IMG/VR virus record: IMGVR_UViG_3300010214_000051
Location: 44,536 to 64,535 of that record
Origin: an uncultured virus (IMG/VR IMGVR_UViG_3300010214_000051)
Lineage: Duplodnaviria; Heunggongvirae; Uroviricota; Caudoviricetes
Length of the DNA: 20,000 bases
Direction: 5' to 3' (one strand)
Below the pieces are notes generated by a model. The model worked only from the letters and a program-made list of their open reading frames with translations, had not been told where the DNA came from and ran no database searches. Numbering within the stretch: the stretch's first letter is position 1; each line of letters begins with the position of its first letter. A program made the position numbers and the translations under genes. Below, piece by piece: positions 1 through 7,114 of this stretch.

Positions 1-201
1 ACGCGAAACGGGCACGGTGTCGGCTTCTGGGACCGCCGCAACTTGAAGGCCGAAACGCCCGAGTCGTTGTGGGTTACCGGACAAGCGGGCGAGGGATGCG
101 GAACCATTGGCGCGGACCTTAGCAACCTTTGCGGCTGGCGCACGGAATGGGGCGAAGTCTCGCCTTACCTGGGCGACGACGGGAAGGTGTATCTGTCATG
201 A
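1..201 (+). CDS. 3' part of conserved phage hypothetical protein (5' truncated by window edge)
   Basis: Frame 1 is open from base 1: TRNGHGVGFWDR...YLGDDGKVYLS*, a motif pattern I recognise from phage hypothetical proteins. Its TGA overlaps the next ATG (ATGA 198-201). Not in the supplied ORF track. Confidence 0.75.
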   Translation, partial: TRNGHGVGFWDRRNLKAETPESLWVTGQAGEGCGTIGADLSNLCGWRTEWGEVSPYLGDDGKVYLS

Positions 202-380
202 GCGGGATCAGACTCACGCCGGGCGCGCGCCTTTGGAATGGCGCCATAGTTACCCCGCAAATGGCGGCCGCCTATAACAGCGCCAGTGAGCGAATCGAGC
301 GCTTTGAAGCGGAGGGCCGCCGGGCGCCGGACAATCTGCTAAACGGCCGCCACAACATCATTGCGGGCGCGCGGCCATGA
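198..380 (+). CDS. Small phage hypothetical protein (60 aa, MSGIRLTPG...)
   Basis: ATG 198 overlaps the upstream stop; its own stop overlaps ATG 377. Confidence 0.65.
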   Translation: MSGIRLTPGARLWNGAIVTPQMAAAYNSASERIERFEAEGRRAPDNLLNGRHNIIAGARP

Positions 381-701
381 CAGACGTTTCCGCCCTTCGC
401 GAACTGGGCCGCGCTTATGCCAACGGCCTCGCGCTTCCCAAGCTGGCGAACGCCATTGCCGCGGCCCTGGGTTACGCCTCGCCGGACGCCCTTCGCGCGG
501 CCGCCATTGTGCGAGAGTCGCCCTCTTCAACGCGAGACCGCGACAAGGTGCACGGCGCCGCGCGGTACGCCCTCGAGGTGATAGAGGCCGCCCATGGCTT
601 GCGTGGCATGGCTCGCCGCCGCGAGCTGGCGCCCTTGCCGCTCGCCCTGGAGTCCATCGTCGCGGCCGCCGTGTATGAGGCCGCGCCATGACAGACGTTT
701 C
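374..701 (+). repeat. 17-bp direct repeat GCCATGACAGACGTTTC at two consecutive gene starts
   Basis: Exact copies at 374-390 and 685-701; both genes start MTDVS. Confidence 0.9.
377..691 (+). CDS. Phage hypothetical protein (104 aa)
   Basis: ATGA-coupled at both ends; helical Ala-rich sequence. Confidence 0.65.
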   Translation: MTDVSALRELGRAYANGLALPKLANAIAAALGYASPDALRAAAIVRESPSSTRDRDKVHGAARYALEVIEAAHGLRGMARRRELAPLPLALESIVAAAVYEAAP

Positions 702-1011
702 ACCAGCGTTCCGCGCCGAGATCCTGGACGCCGTGGCGCTTGCCGGGCTGGACATTCCGCCGCCGGTTTTCAGGGCGAGCGGCGACAATGAGGCAGCCTT
801 CTTTCCAACGCTCGCAAGCGCCGCCGTGTCGTTCCGTGGCGGGCCTATTGAATGGCGGGCGGCCGCATCCGTGGCGCCGCTCTTCGCGGTACACGCGGAC
901 GGCCAAGAAAAGGAACCGCTAGGCCGGGCGTTCGTGGCGTCGCTTCGCAATGCGCTGATATGGCTGGCGCTGTTCTGGGGCGTCTGCGCTCTATTGTCCC
1001 GTTTAAGTTGA
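688..1011 (+). CDS. Phage hypothetical protein with C-terminal transmembrane helix (107 aa)
   Basis: ATGA overlap, GAGG upstream; hydrophobic tail ALIWLALFWGVCALL. Confidence 0.65.
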   Translation: MTDVSPAFRAEILDAVALAGLDIPPPVFRASGDNEAAFFPTLASAAVSFRGGPIEWRAAASVAPLFAVHADGQEKEPLGRAFVASLRNALIWLALFWGVCALLSRLS

Positions 1012-1036
1012 CAAATGCGAATGACTTGCATTTAGT
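1008..1036 (+). promoter_or_regulatory. Putative sigma70 promoter with overlapping operator-like inverted repeat
   Basis: TTGACA 1008-1013, 17-nt spacer, weak -10 TTTAGT; AAATGCGA-N5-TTGCATTT dyad at 1013-1033. Confidence 0.5.
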
Positions 1037-1082
1037 CCGAGTCGCGCCTATGGTTTGAGCGTCGGCGGCATAATCCGCTGAT

Positions 1083-1273
1083 ACGGTTTAGCAGCCGTTT
1101 CAAACCAAAGGCGCCACAACGCGCCATAGGACCGCCCTTTTGGCGCGTTTTTCTATGGCCGGACGGCGTTGGGGAGCCGCAAGGCTCGCCGCTACCTTTG
1201 GGGCGGTCTGCTAACCCGGCGTCGTCCGGTCACCATGTTTAGCAGCGTGGCGGCCGGTTTCTCAATCCAAAGG
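1083..1273 (+). promoter_or_regulatory. c4 target sites a1/b1 and a2/b2
   Basis: GTTTAGCAGC at 1086-1095 and 1237-1246, each in a hairpin loop; CCAAAGG at 1105-1111 and 1267-1273, the latter overlapping the RBS of the gene at 1284. Confidence 0.8.
1156..1232 (+). ncRNA. C4-type antisense RNA
   Basis: Closing stem 1156-1168/1220-1232; GAGCC-GCAA-GGCTC GNRA hairpin 1174-1187; exposed CCTTTGG (1195-1201) and CTGCTAA (1208-1214) are complementary to flanking target repeats; lies upstream of an antirepressor-like gene. Confidence 0.85.
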
Positions 1274-1283
1274 AACCGAAACA

Positions 1284-1871
1284 ATGTCGCCCTATCATTT
1301 CAACATTCTCGCCGTCGACGGCGAGCCGCGCGTTTATGACCTGGACGTCGCGGAGGCGCTCCGATTTGAGCGGCCGCGCAAAATCCGCGACATCATTGAG
1401 CGGAATGCTCTTGAACTTCAACGGTATGGGAATTTGCCCCGCCATGGGGCAAAATCAGGCGGCCGCGGTCGACCCGCTTTCGAATACCATTTGAATGAGA
1501 CGCAAGCCCTTCTTATCGCCATGCTTTCGCGCACCGAACGCGCCGCCGATATCCGGCAAGCCCTGATCACAGCCTTCCTGGACTGGCGCAACGGTAAAAC
1601 CGTACCCGTCCGCGCGCACAATCGGCGACCGCCGTCGGCGCGCGACTCTTATGCGGCCTGGCATGAGGCCGCGACTCTGGGCGATATGCGGGACATTCGC
1701 TTGCGGCCGGACCCTTCTCGGATAGACCGCGCCTTTGACGTCCGGCGCCGCGAACTGGGCGCCTTGCCATATGACCAGGTGCTGGACCTGCTAGCGCGCG
1801 GCCTGGCGCGCCTGGACGACATAGCGCCGGAACCGTTGACCTATGCGCCAGGGCGGCGCGGCGACGTGTAA
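1284..1871 (+). CDS. Putative phage antirepressor / Rha- or Bro-N-like regulatory protein
   Basis: N-terminus DGEPRVYDLDVAEALRFERPRKIRDIIERN...GRGRP..EYHLNETQALLI is typical of phage antirepressor-type DNA-binding domains; AAGGA RBS; c4 leader. Confidence 0.7.
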   Translation: MSPYHFNILAVDGEPRVYDLDVAEALRFERPRKIRDIIERNALELQRYGNLPRHGAKSGGRGRPAFEYHLNETQALLIAMLSRTERAADIRQALITAFLDWRNGKTVPVRAHNRRPPSARDSYAAWHEAATLGDMRDIRLRPDPSRIDRAFDVRRRELGALPYDQVLDLLARGLARLDDIAPEPLTYAPGRRGDV

Positions 1872-1899
1872 GCCGCAATCCACAATCTGACGCCTATCG

Positions 1900-1930
1900 G
1901 GGCCGCTCCTAATCAGGGCGGCCCTTTCTT
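1900..1930 (+). terminator. Intrinsic terminator between convergent genes
   Basis: GGGCCGCTCCT-AATC-AGGGCGGCCC hairpin followed by TTTCTT. Confidence 0.65.
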
Positions 1931-2513
1931 ATGCACGAGGCCAAGATAGATCAGTCGTCGCGAACTCTATGACCTGATCCCCGGCGCGATAAACCGTTAG
2001 GCTCACGCGCGTGACATCCGCGCCCTTGATCCCCGTCAAGGCGCGCCGGGGATTCGTGAAGAAAACCATGTTTGTTGAGCCGTCGCCCGCTCCAATGCCG
2101 CCCAGTGATTGACTGGGGCCGTCGCCGAACCGAACGGGGACGCTGCATTGCTCATAGGAACGGCAAAGGATTTGCCCGTCGCCTAGCAGCTTCACGTATA
2201 CGTCTAGGCCCGCGTTCGGCATATCTCTAACGCATAGCTCCGCGGCGACGGCCCCATAGGGCGCCGGTTGCTGGACCAGGTTGCTAGACCTCACGCAGGC
2301 ATAGCTACGCGGCCTGTCTGTCATGGGGTCCAACTCTTCGCTGTATTCCCACGCCGCGCGCACGGCTGGCGCTTTGCCATATTCAACGCCCGCGACGCTT
2401 TCGGCTATCCTGCGCTGTGTCTCGCTGTATCCGGCGTATTTGTCAGGCGGCGGGGCCTCGCTGCAGGCGGCGAGGGCGAGGGCGGCGGCGAGGGCGAGGG
2501 CGCGGCGTGTCAT
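1929..2513 (-). CDS. Lipoprotein, moron-like (194 aa)
   Basis: Start reassigned to ATG 2513: MTRRALALAAALALAAC signal peptide with lipobox LAAC; four further Cys; opposite strand to its neighbours. Confidence 0.8.
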   Translation of the reverse strand: MTRRALALAAALALAACSEAPPPDKYAGYSETQRRIAESVAGVEYGKAPAVRAAWEYSEELDPMTDRPRSYACVRSSNLVQQPAPYGAVAAELCVRDMPNAGLDVYVKLLGDGQILCRSYEQCSVPVRFGDGPSQSLGGIGAGDGSTNMVFFTNPRRALTGIKGADVTRVSLTVYRAGDQVIEFATTDLSWPRA

Positions 2514-2712
2514 GCCTCGACTATAGGGCGAACGTCGTCCTGCGAGCAACGCCTCGGCGTCTCGGCGCGGCCGGCGGACCGCATCATAAGCAAAAGTTAT
2601 AGCAGGGGCGCGCGGCGACGGCTCGCGTCTGACGCGAGGTTGCATTTAAAAGCGACATCCTATTGCAACTTTTACTGTAACAGCGTCGGCTGCTGATCGG
2701 AAAACGCAATGA

Positions 2713-2779
2713 AATCAAGGCTTTGGGTCCTCTCCGCAGCGCACAACTTTGACGGGAGGGGCGGGGAGCCCGGTTTTCG
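2713..2779 (+). other. Lambda-like cos (packaging/terminus) site candidate with adjacent IHF box
   Basis: GGGTCCT (the lambda cosQ heptamer) at 2725-2731, 23 nt ending ACG, a G-rich 12-mer at 2755-2766, then GGTTTTCG; IHF consensus WATCAANNNNTTR at 2713-2725. Confidence 0.6.
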
Positions 2780-2860
2780 AACGATTCCAAAAGGGGCGGT
2801 AGCACCTAACCTGAGCTTATACGACATTCAGATGCAACTTTTGGAGGGCGGCTGACCAGA

Positions 2861-3284
2861 AAAGTTCGATTTAAATGCAACTTCAAACCTGTTCCGGGGG
2901 TGTTCCACAACCAGTTCCATCTAACCCCTTGTAACCACTATTCTTTTAACCCTCAGAACAAGTGGAACAGGTGGAACAGTAGTATAATGAATGAGAGTGA
3001 AGGAGGTAGGGGTATAGAGGGACTACAACTGGTAGACAGTGAATCACCCCCACGCGACAGTGTATAGGAACCCCCCTGTTCCGGGGGTCCACCCGTTCCA
3101 GCATTGATTTTAAAGGGTTTTTCAGGAACAGGCCCGTTCCACAACCGAAAACCTGTTCCACCCATGCTGATGGCACAAATGCGATTTAAATCGAACTTTC
3201 CGAAAAGTGGCATTTAGATGCAAAAAGACCCGGAAGCCGAGCCGCCGGGTCTCAAAGTGGAAATGCGATTTAAATCGAACTTTC
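2861..3284. repeat. Iteron/inverted-repeat cluster, putative replication origin
   Basis: 11 GTTCC/GGAAC cores at 2891-3159; 24-bp direct repeat 3177-3200/3261-3284; 16-bp inverted copy at 2861-2876; AT-richer and non-coding; directly downstream of the primase-helicase. Confidence 0.7.
3222..3252 (-). terminator. Intrinsic terminator of the primase transcript
   Basis: Minus strand AGACCCGG-loop-CCGGGTCT followed by a T tract, 30 nt past the stop. Confidence 0.7.
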
Positions 3285-5814
3285 AGTCTAGTCCGTTCCA
3301 GCCCTCACGAATAAAGCATCGCTGTTTTCCGTACTGGGCGAAGCGGTGCTGCCCGCCATAAACCCAGCCTTTGACCTTGCGCATCGCGCGGCCCACCATT
3401 TGTGCTTCGCGGTCCGGGTAAACGTGGCGATCGCGGCCCATCATCACCTCCCAGATCTCCATGTAGCAGGTCCGGTTGCGGTAGCGCACCGGCTCGCCCG
3501 GCAACTGGGTAAGCCCGTCCTCCGAGCCGATGGGTGAGTCGAGCCATTCCTCGATCTGGGCGGCCAGCGCGTCGTCGGCGCCGATCTGTCGCCGGCTCTC
3601 CTGGATCTCGCGGGCATAGTCGACGGCGACCTGGCTCTTCATGAACAGCGGCAGCGTGCCGTACGGCTGCTCCGCCCGCATCTTGCGGTACATCGCGGTC
3701 GCCTCGGCCCATATCTGGTCGATCTCCGCCGACAGTCGCGACGTGTCGATTGACGCCACGCGACATTCGACCGGCCAGAACCGTCGGGCGCCGGTGGCGT
3801 CGCGCAGATACTCGCGATCGTTGGTCGAGCCGCCCATGACACACTGCCGGTCGAACTCTTGCGGGTGGCGGGCGTAGGCGAGGCGGACAATGTCGCTCTG
3901 GCGGCTGATGAAGCCCTTGATGGTCTGGACCTCTGCTCGGGAGAAGCCCTGAAGCTCTGGCAGTTCGATGATCCAGGCGCCCTGCATCCGTTCGACCATG
4001 CCCTTGGCGTCGTGGAAGTCGCCCTCCAGTTCGGCGAACCAGTGCCGACCGAGGACCCGGAAGAAGGTAGACTTGCGCACGCCCTGCGCGCCTTCGAGAA
4101 TCGGCACGAAGTCGAACTTGTGGCCCGGCTCAAAGACGCGGACGACCGCGCCCAGAAGCCACATCAGGGCAGCCTCGCGATGGTAGTCGTTGCCCTCGGC
4201 GCCGACGTAGTCGACGAAGAGCGTCGCCGCGCGGTGCTTGCCGTCCCAGGTCAGGCTGTTCAGGTAGTCCCGAATCGGGTGGAAGGCGTGCAGCCGCGCC
4301 ACCTTGTCGATCGCCTCGTCGAGATCCCGCTTGCTGGTCTTCAGCCCGTAGCCGCCCTGGCGTTCCGGGGCTTCCAGGATGATGCGGATGTCGGTCGACA
4401 GGACGTCAGTCCAACGCTTGCCGTTGATGCGATGCCGCTCCTCGGACACGCGCCACATGGCGCCCTCCAACTGGCGGATCGGCTTGGGCGATTCCTTGCG
4501 TAGCGCGAAGCGCTTGGGCTCGGCGCGCTGGACCAGCAGCTGCGAGAACTCGTTGTAGCCGATGACGCCGCGCAGCCGCTTGTCGTTGCGGATGATCAGC
4601 TCGACGTTGTGGACCGTCGGCTTGATGCCGCCGTCCTCGTTGCGCTGCAGATACTGGAACCAGTCGGGGTCGTATTCGACGACGCCCGAACCAGAGGCCG
4701 GCGCCGGGACAGCCGCGCGCTCAGGCTGCGAGAACACGTCCAGCAGGTCCGCCACATCGTCGGTCGGCGCCAGCAGGTCGATCTCGACGGGTTCGGCGGT
4801 CGACACCTCTTCCAGCAGGGCGTGACCCTGGGCGAGGCGATGGTTGGATGCCGCCTGGATCAGGCTCGCCATCCGAATCGGGTTGCGCGTCGATGCTGCG
4901 TTCTTGCCGAAGGAGCGCCAGACGGCTTTGCTGTCCTTCAGGTCGAACTTCTCGGACTGCTTGGACCACTCGCACCAGCGGGTGAAGCCGTTGTCGGCGC
5001 CGCGGTATTCGTGGTGCAGCGCCATGCCGACCTGATACCAGTGGTCCCGGTCCTCGACCCAGTCCTCGGGCAGGTCGGCCAGCGTGGCGGCGATTTCGTT
5101 CTCCGACAGACCCATCGGCTCGGCCCGGTAGAGGGCCATCAGGTCATCGTCGTCGTCACCGAGGTTCAGGTCGTCGCTGGATGCGCCCCAGGAGGCGACT
5201 GTCTCGGGCGCGACCACGGGCGCGATGCCCAGCAGATCGCCGAAGTCGAGCGGGCGCTCCCAGACGTAGGGCAGGCCGGTTTTGTCGTGGATCGACGGCG
5301 GCAGCACGGCCTGTTTGGCGGTGCCGAAGAACTCGATTTCCCAGTCGTGCTTGCGGACGTTCCGCTCAAGCTCGCTGTCGTAGACCATCTCCCAGCCTTC
5401 CGACTTCGCCAGCTTGCGGGTGCGGAAGGGCTTGGTGGTGATCAGATAGAGGTGGCGACTCTCGCCGCCGCTGCCCGAACGGACAGTGGGCGCCAGGCGC
5501 GCATCCGGCCACATGGCGATCAGCGCGTCCCACGCGGCCGCCGCGGCTTCGGGCTTGCGGATGTCTAGGTCGACCAGGTGCAGGTAGCCGCCGGCGACGG
5601 CGCTCACCGCTCCGGGGCGGACCCCCAGATTGTAGCCGCGCTGATATGCTGCGGCGAGGGACTCCATCGTATGAACGGGTTTGTCGGCCCACTTCTCGCC
5701 GACTGGGCGTTTGGTGCGAGGATGCAGCCAGTGGACAGCGACACCCGCCTCGATCAGAGGGCGGGCGGCGTCCAGCATCTCGGCTTCGGACGGTAGATTC
5801 CCCATGTCGGGCAC
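3283..5814 (-). CDS. Primase-helicase: Prim-Pol + PriCT-2 + VirE/VapE P-loop domain (843 aa)
   Basis: AEP motifs LVDLD and SRHLY; PriCT-2 pattern WYQVGMALH...WCEWS...WRSF; Walker A GAQGVRKST; DATGARRFWPV. Confidence 0.92.
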   Translation of the reverse strand: MPDMGNLPSEAEMLDAARPLIEAGVAVHWLHPRTKRPVGEKWADKPVHTMESLAAAYQRGYNLGVRPGAVSAVAGGYLHLVDLDIRKPEAAAAAWDALIAMWPDARLAPTVRSGSGGESRHLYLITTKPFRTRKLAKSEGWEMVYDSELERNVRKHDWEIEFFGTAKQAVLPPSIHDKTGLPYVWERPLDFGDLLGIAPVVAPETVASWGASSDDLNLGDDDDDLMALYRAEPMGLSENEIAATLADLPEDWVEDRDHWYQVGMALHHEYRGADNGFTRWCEWSKQSEKFDLKDSKAVWRSFGKNAASTRNPIRMASLIQAASNHRLAQGHALLEEVSTAEPVEIDLLAPTDDVADLLDVFSQPERAAVPAPASGSGVVEYDPDWFQYLQRNEDGGIKPTVHNVELIIRNDKRLRGVIGYNEFSQLLVQRAEPKRFALRKESPKPIRQLEGAMWRVSEERHRINGKRWTDVLSTDIRIILEAPERQGGYGLKTSKRDLDEAIDKVARLHAFHPIRDYLNSLTWDGKHRAATLFVDYVGAEGNDYHREAALMWLLGAVVRVFEPGHKFDFVPILEGAQGVRKSTFFRVLGRHWFAELEGDFHDAKGMVERMQGAWIIELPELQGFSRAEVQTIKGFISRQSDIVRLAYARHPQEFDRQCVMGGSTNDREYLRDATGARRFWPVECRVASIDTSRLSAEIDQIWAEATAMYRKMRAEQPYGTLPLFMKSQVAVDYAREIQESRRQIGADDALAAQIEEWLDSPIGSEDGLTQLPGEPVRYRNRTCYMEIWEVMMGRDRHVYPDREAQMVGRAMRKVKGWVYGGQHRFAQYGKQRCFIREGWNGLD

Positions 5815-5825
5815 AGGCTCCCGAC

Positions 5826-6083
5826 TTAGGCGTCAGCGATGACGAAACTGATCAGATCTTCGGTCGACAGGCTTCCGCTGGAGTTGTCGATGAGCGCCCG
5901 CGCGGCGCGACTGGGAAGACGGTTCTTCTTCAGCCAGCGGTAGACGGCTGCGCGGGACACTTCCAGCGCGGCTGCGAGGGCTGGGACGTTCAGCCGACCG
6001 CGGTCGAGAAAGTCGGGCAGGCGCTGGACGAGCAGCTTGTAGAGCGGCGTTTCGTAGGACGCCAAACTCGTGGCTTCGGTCAT
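5826..6083 (-). CDS. Cro-like HTH transcriptional regulator (85 aa)
   Basis: HTH VPALAAALEVSRAAVYRW; start reassigned to ATG 6083 (GAGG upstream); co-oriented directly upstream of the primase. Confidence 0.8.
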   Translation of the reverse strand: MTEATSLASYETPLYKLLVQRLPDFLDRGRLNVPALAAALEVSRAAVYRWLKKNRLPSRAARALIDNSSGSLSTEDLISFVIADA

Positions 6084-6108
6084 GGGGAACCTCTCACTGG
6101 ATGAAGCC

Positions 6109-6193
6109 ACCGTAAGCGGAGAGCCGAGTTTCGTCAAATAGAACGAGACGATTGTCCCTTTTAGGTTGACAAACATTCTGAGCCGAGCATCTT
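6109..6193. promoter_or_regulatory. Divergent promoters with central operator
   Basis: Leftward TTGACG(6137-6132)-N17-TACGGT(6114-6109); rightward TTGACA 6166-6171 with a weak -10; GAGAC-GATT-GTCCC dyad at 6145-6158 between them. Confidence 0.6.
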
Positions 6194-6242
6194 AGGGAGG
6201 CCGGGGCGATCCACGCCCACCACCTTTCCCCAAAGGACTACC

Positions 6243-6725
6243 ATGAGCCTGGAAGCCAATATCGCGGCCCTGACTGAAGCCGTCGTCGCCCTGACCGACA
6301 TCACCACCAAACTGCATTCCCTGCGCGCCGACGCCATCGAGCAGGTCACGGCTGCCGCCAAGCCGGGCGCCGCGAAGAAGGCCGCCGCAGCCAAGGCCGA
6401 TGAGCCCGCCGCCGAGCCGAAGGCCGAGCCGAAGGCCGAAGCCAAGGCGGTCGCTCCTGCCGCCGGCGAGCCGACGCCCGAGTTCCTGAAGATGAAGAAG
6501 TCGGTCGCCGATTTCCTGGGCGGCAGTGAGCGCGAGGAAGAGCGCGAGGCCCGCAAGGCGAAGGTGCGCGAACTGCTGGCGAACCCGAAGGTCGCCGCCA
6601 CGAAGCTCGAGGACGTTAAGCCCGAACTCTACCCGGCGATCGAGAGCGCCATGACCCGGCTGATCGCGGCCGGCGACCTCACGAAGCCGGCCGGGGCCGA
6701 GGACCCGCTGGACCTGGGCGTCTGA
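6243..6725 (+). CDS. Phage protein typical of the position upstream of DUF2800 (N-terminal coiled coil, Ala/Pro/Lys linker, helical C-domain)
   Basis: AAGGA RBS; strong GC3 codon bias; MSLEANIAALTEAV start. Confidence 0.8.
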   Translation: MSLEANIAALTEAVVALTDITTKLHSLRADAIEQVTAAAKPGAAKKAAAAKADEPAAEPKAEPKAEAKAVAPAAGEPTPEFLKMKKSVADFLGGSEREEEREARKAKVRELLANPKVAATKLEDVKPELYPAIESAMTRLIAAGDLTKPAGAEDPLDLGV

Positions 6726-6732
6726 TCGCCCG

Positions 6733-6840
6733 CGCCCCTGGCTTCTGCTGGGGGCGTTCTGGCGGACCGGCGGTGCAGGGAGCGAGATCCCCCCGCCTCG
6801 CGCACGGCAACCCCGCGTCGTCGGTCCACCTGAACGCCTC
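6733..6840 (+). ncRNA. Structured intergenic RNA element, copy 1
   Basis: Hairpin 6733-6756 overlaps a long stem 6751-6776/6815-6840; homologous to the 9035-9159 element. Confidence 0.6.
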
Positions 6841-6853
6841 GAGATTGAGTACC

Positions 6854-7114
6854 ATGTCCACCAAGCCCACGATCACAGTCTTCACGACGAAGTACGCCAT
6901 GACGACCGGCCAGGTCTTCGAGACCAAGGTCACGGATCAGGGCAACGGGACGTGCGTGCGTCGCGGCGGCGCGGGCTGGGATTTCTTCAAGTTCGACATC
7001 GACGCCTTCCACACACGCGAAGCGGCCGTGGCCGACGCCGAGAAGCGCCGTCGCCAGCGGATCGAGGACCTGCAACGGCAGATCGACAAGCTGGAAGGCT
7101 TCGATTTTGCATGA
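6854..7114 (+). CDS. Phage hypothetical protein (86 aa)
   Basis: MSTKPTITVFTTKYAMTTG...; C-terminal coiled coil; stop overlaps the DUF2800 start. Confidence 0.75.
   Translation: MSTKPTITVFTTKYAMTTGQVFETKVTDQGNGTCVRRGGAGWDFFKFDIDAFHTREAAVADAEKRRRQRIEDLQRQIDKLEGFDFA

Noticed and set aside
2983..3010. TATAAT plus perfect Shine-Dalgarno AAGGAGGT
   Set aside because: No start codon at a suitable distance; part of the purine-rich tract in the origin-like region.
2885..3161. Repeats as a mini CRISPR array, or ORFs 2946-3176 / 2953-3213
   Set aside because: Repeats are short, irregularly spaced and in both orientations; the ORFs merely translate them (CSTCSTCS).
6411..6447. GCCGAGCCGAAG tandem repeats (also GCGAGG repeats at 2466-2502)
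   Set aside because: Codon-level repeats of an AEPK linker and an Ala/Leu signal peptide.
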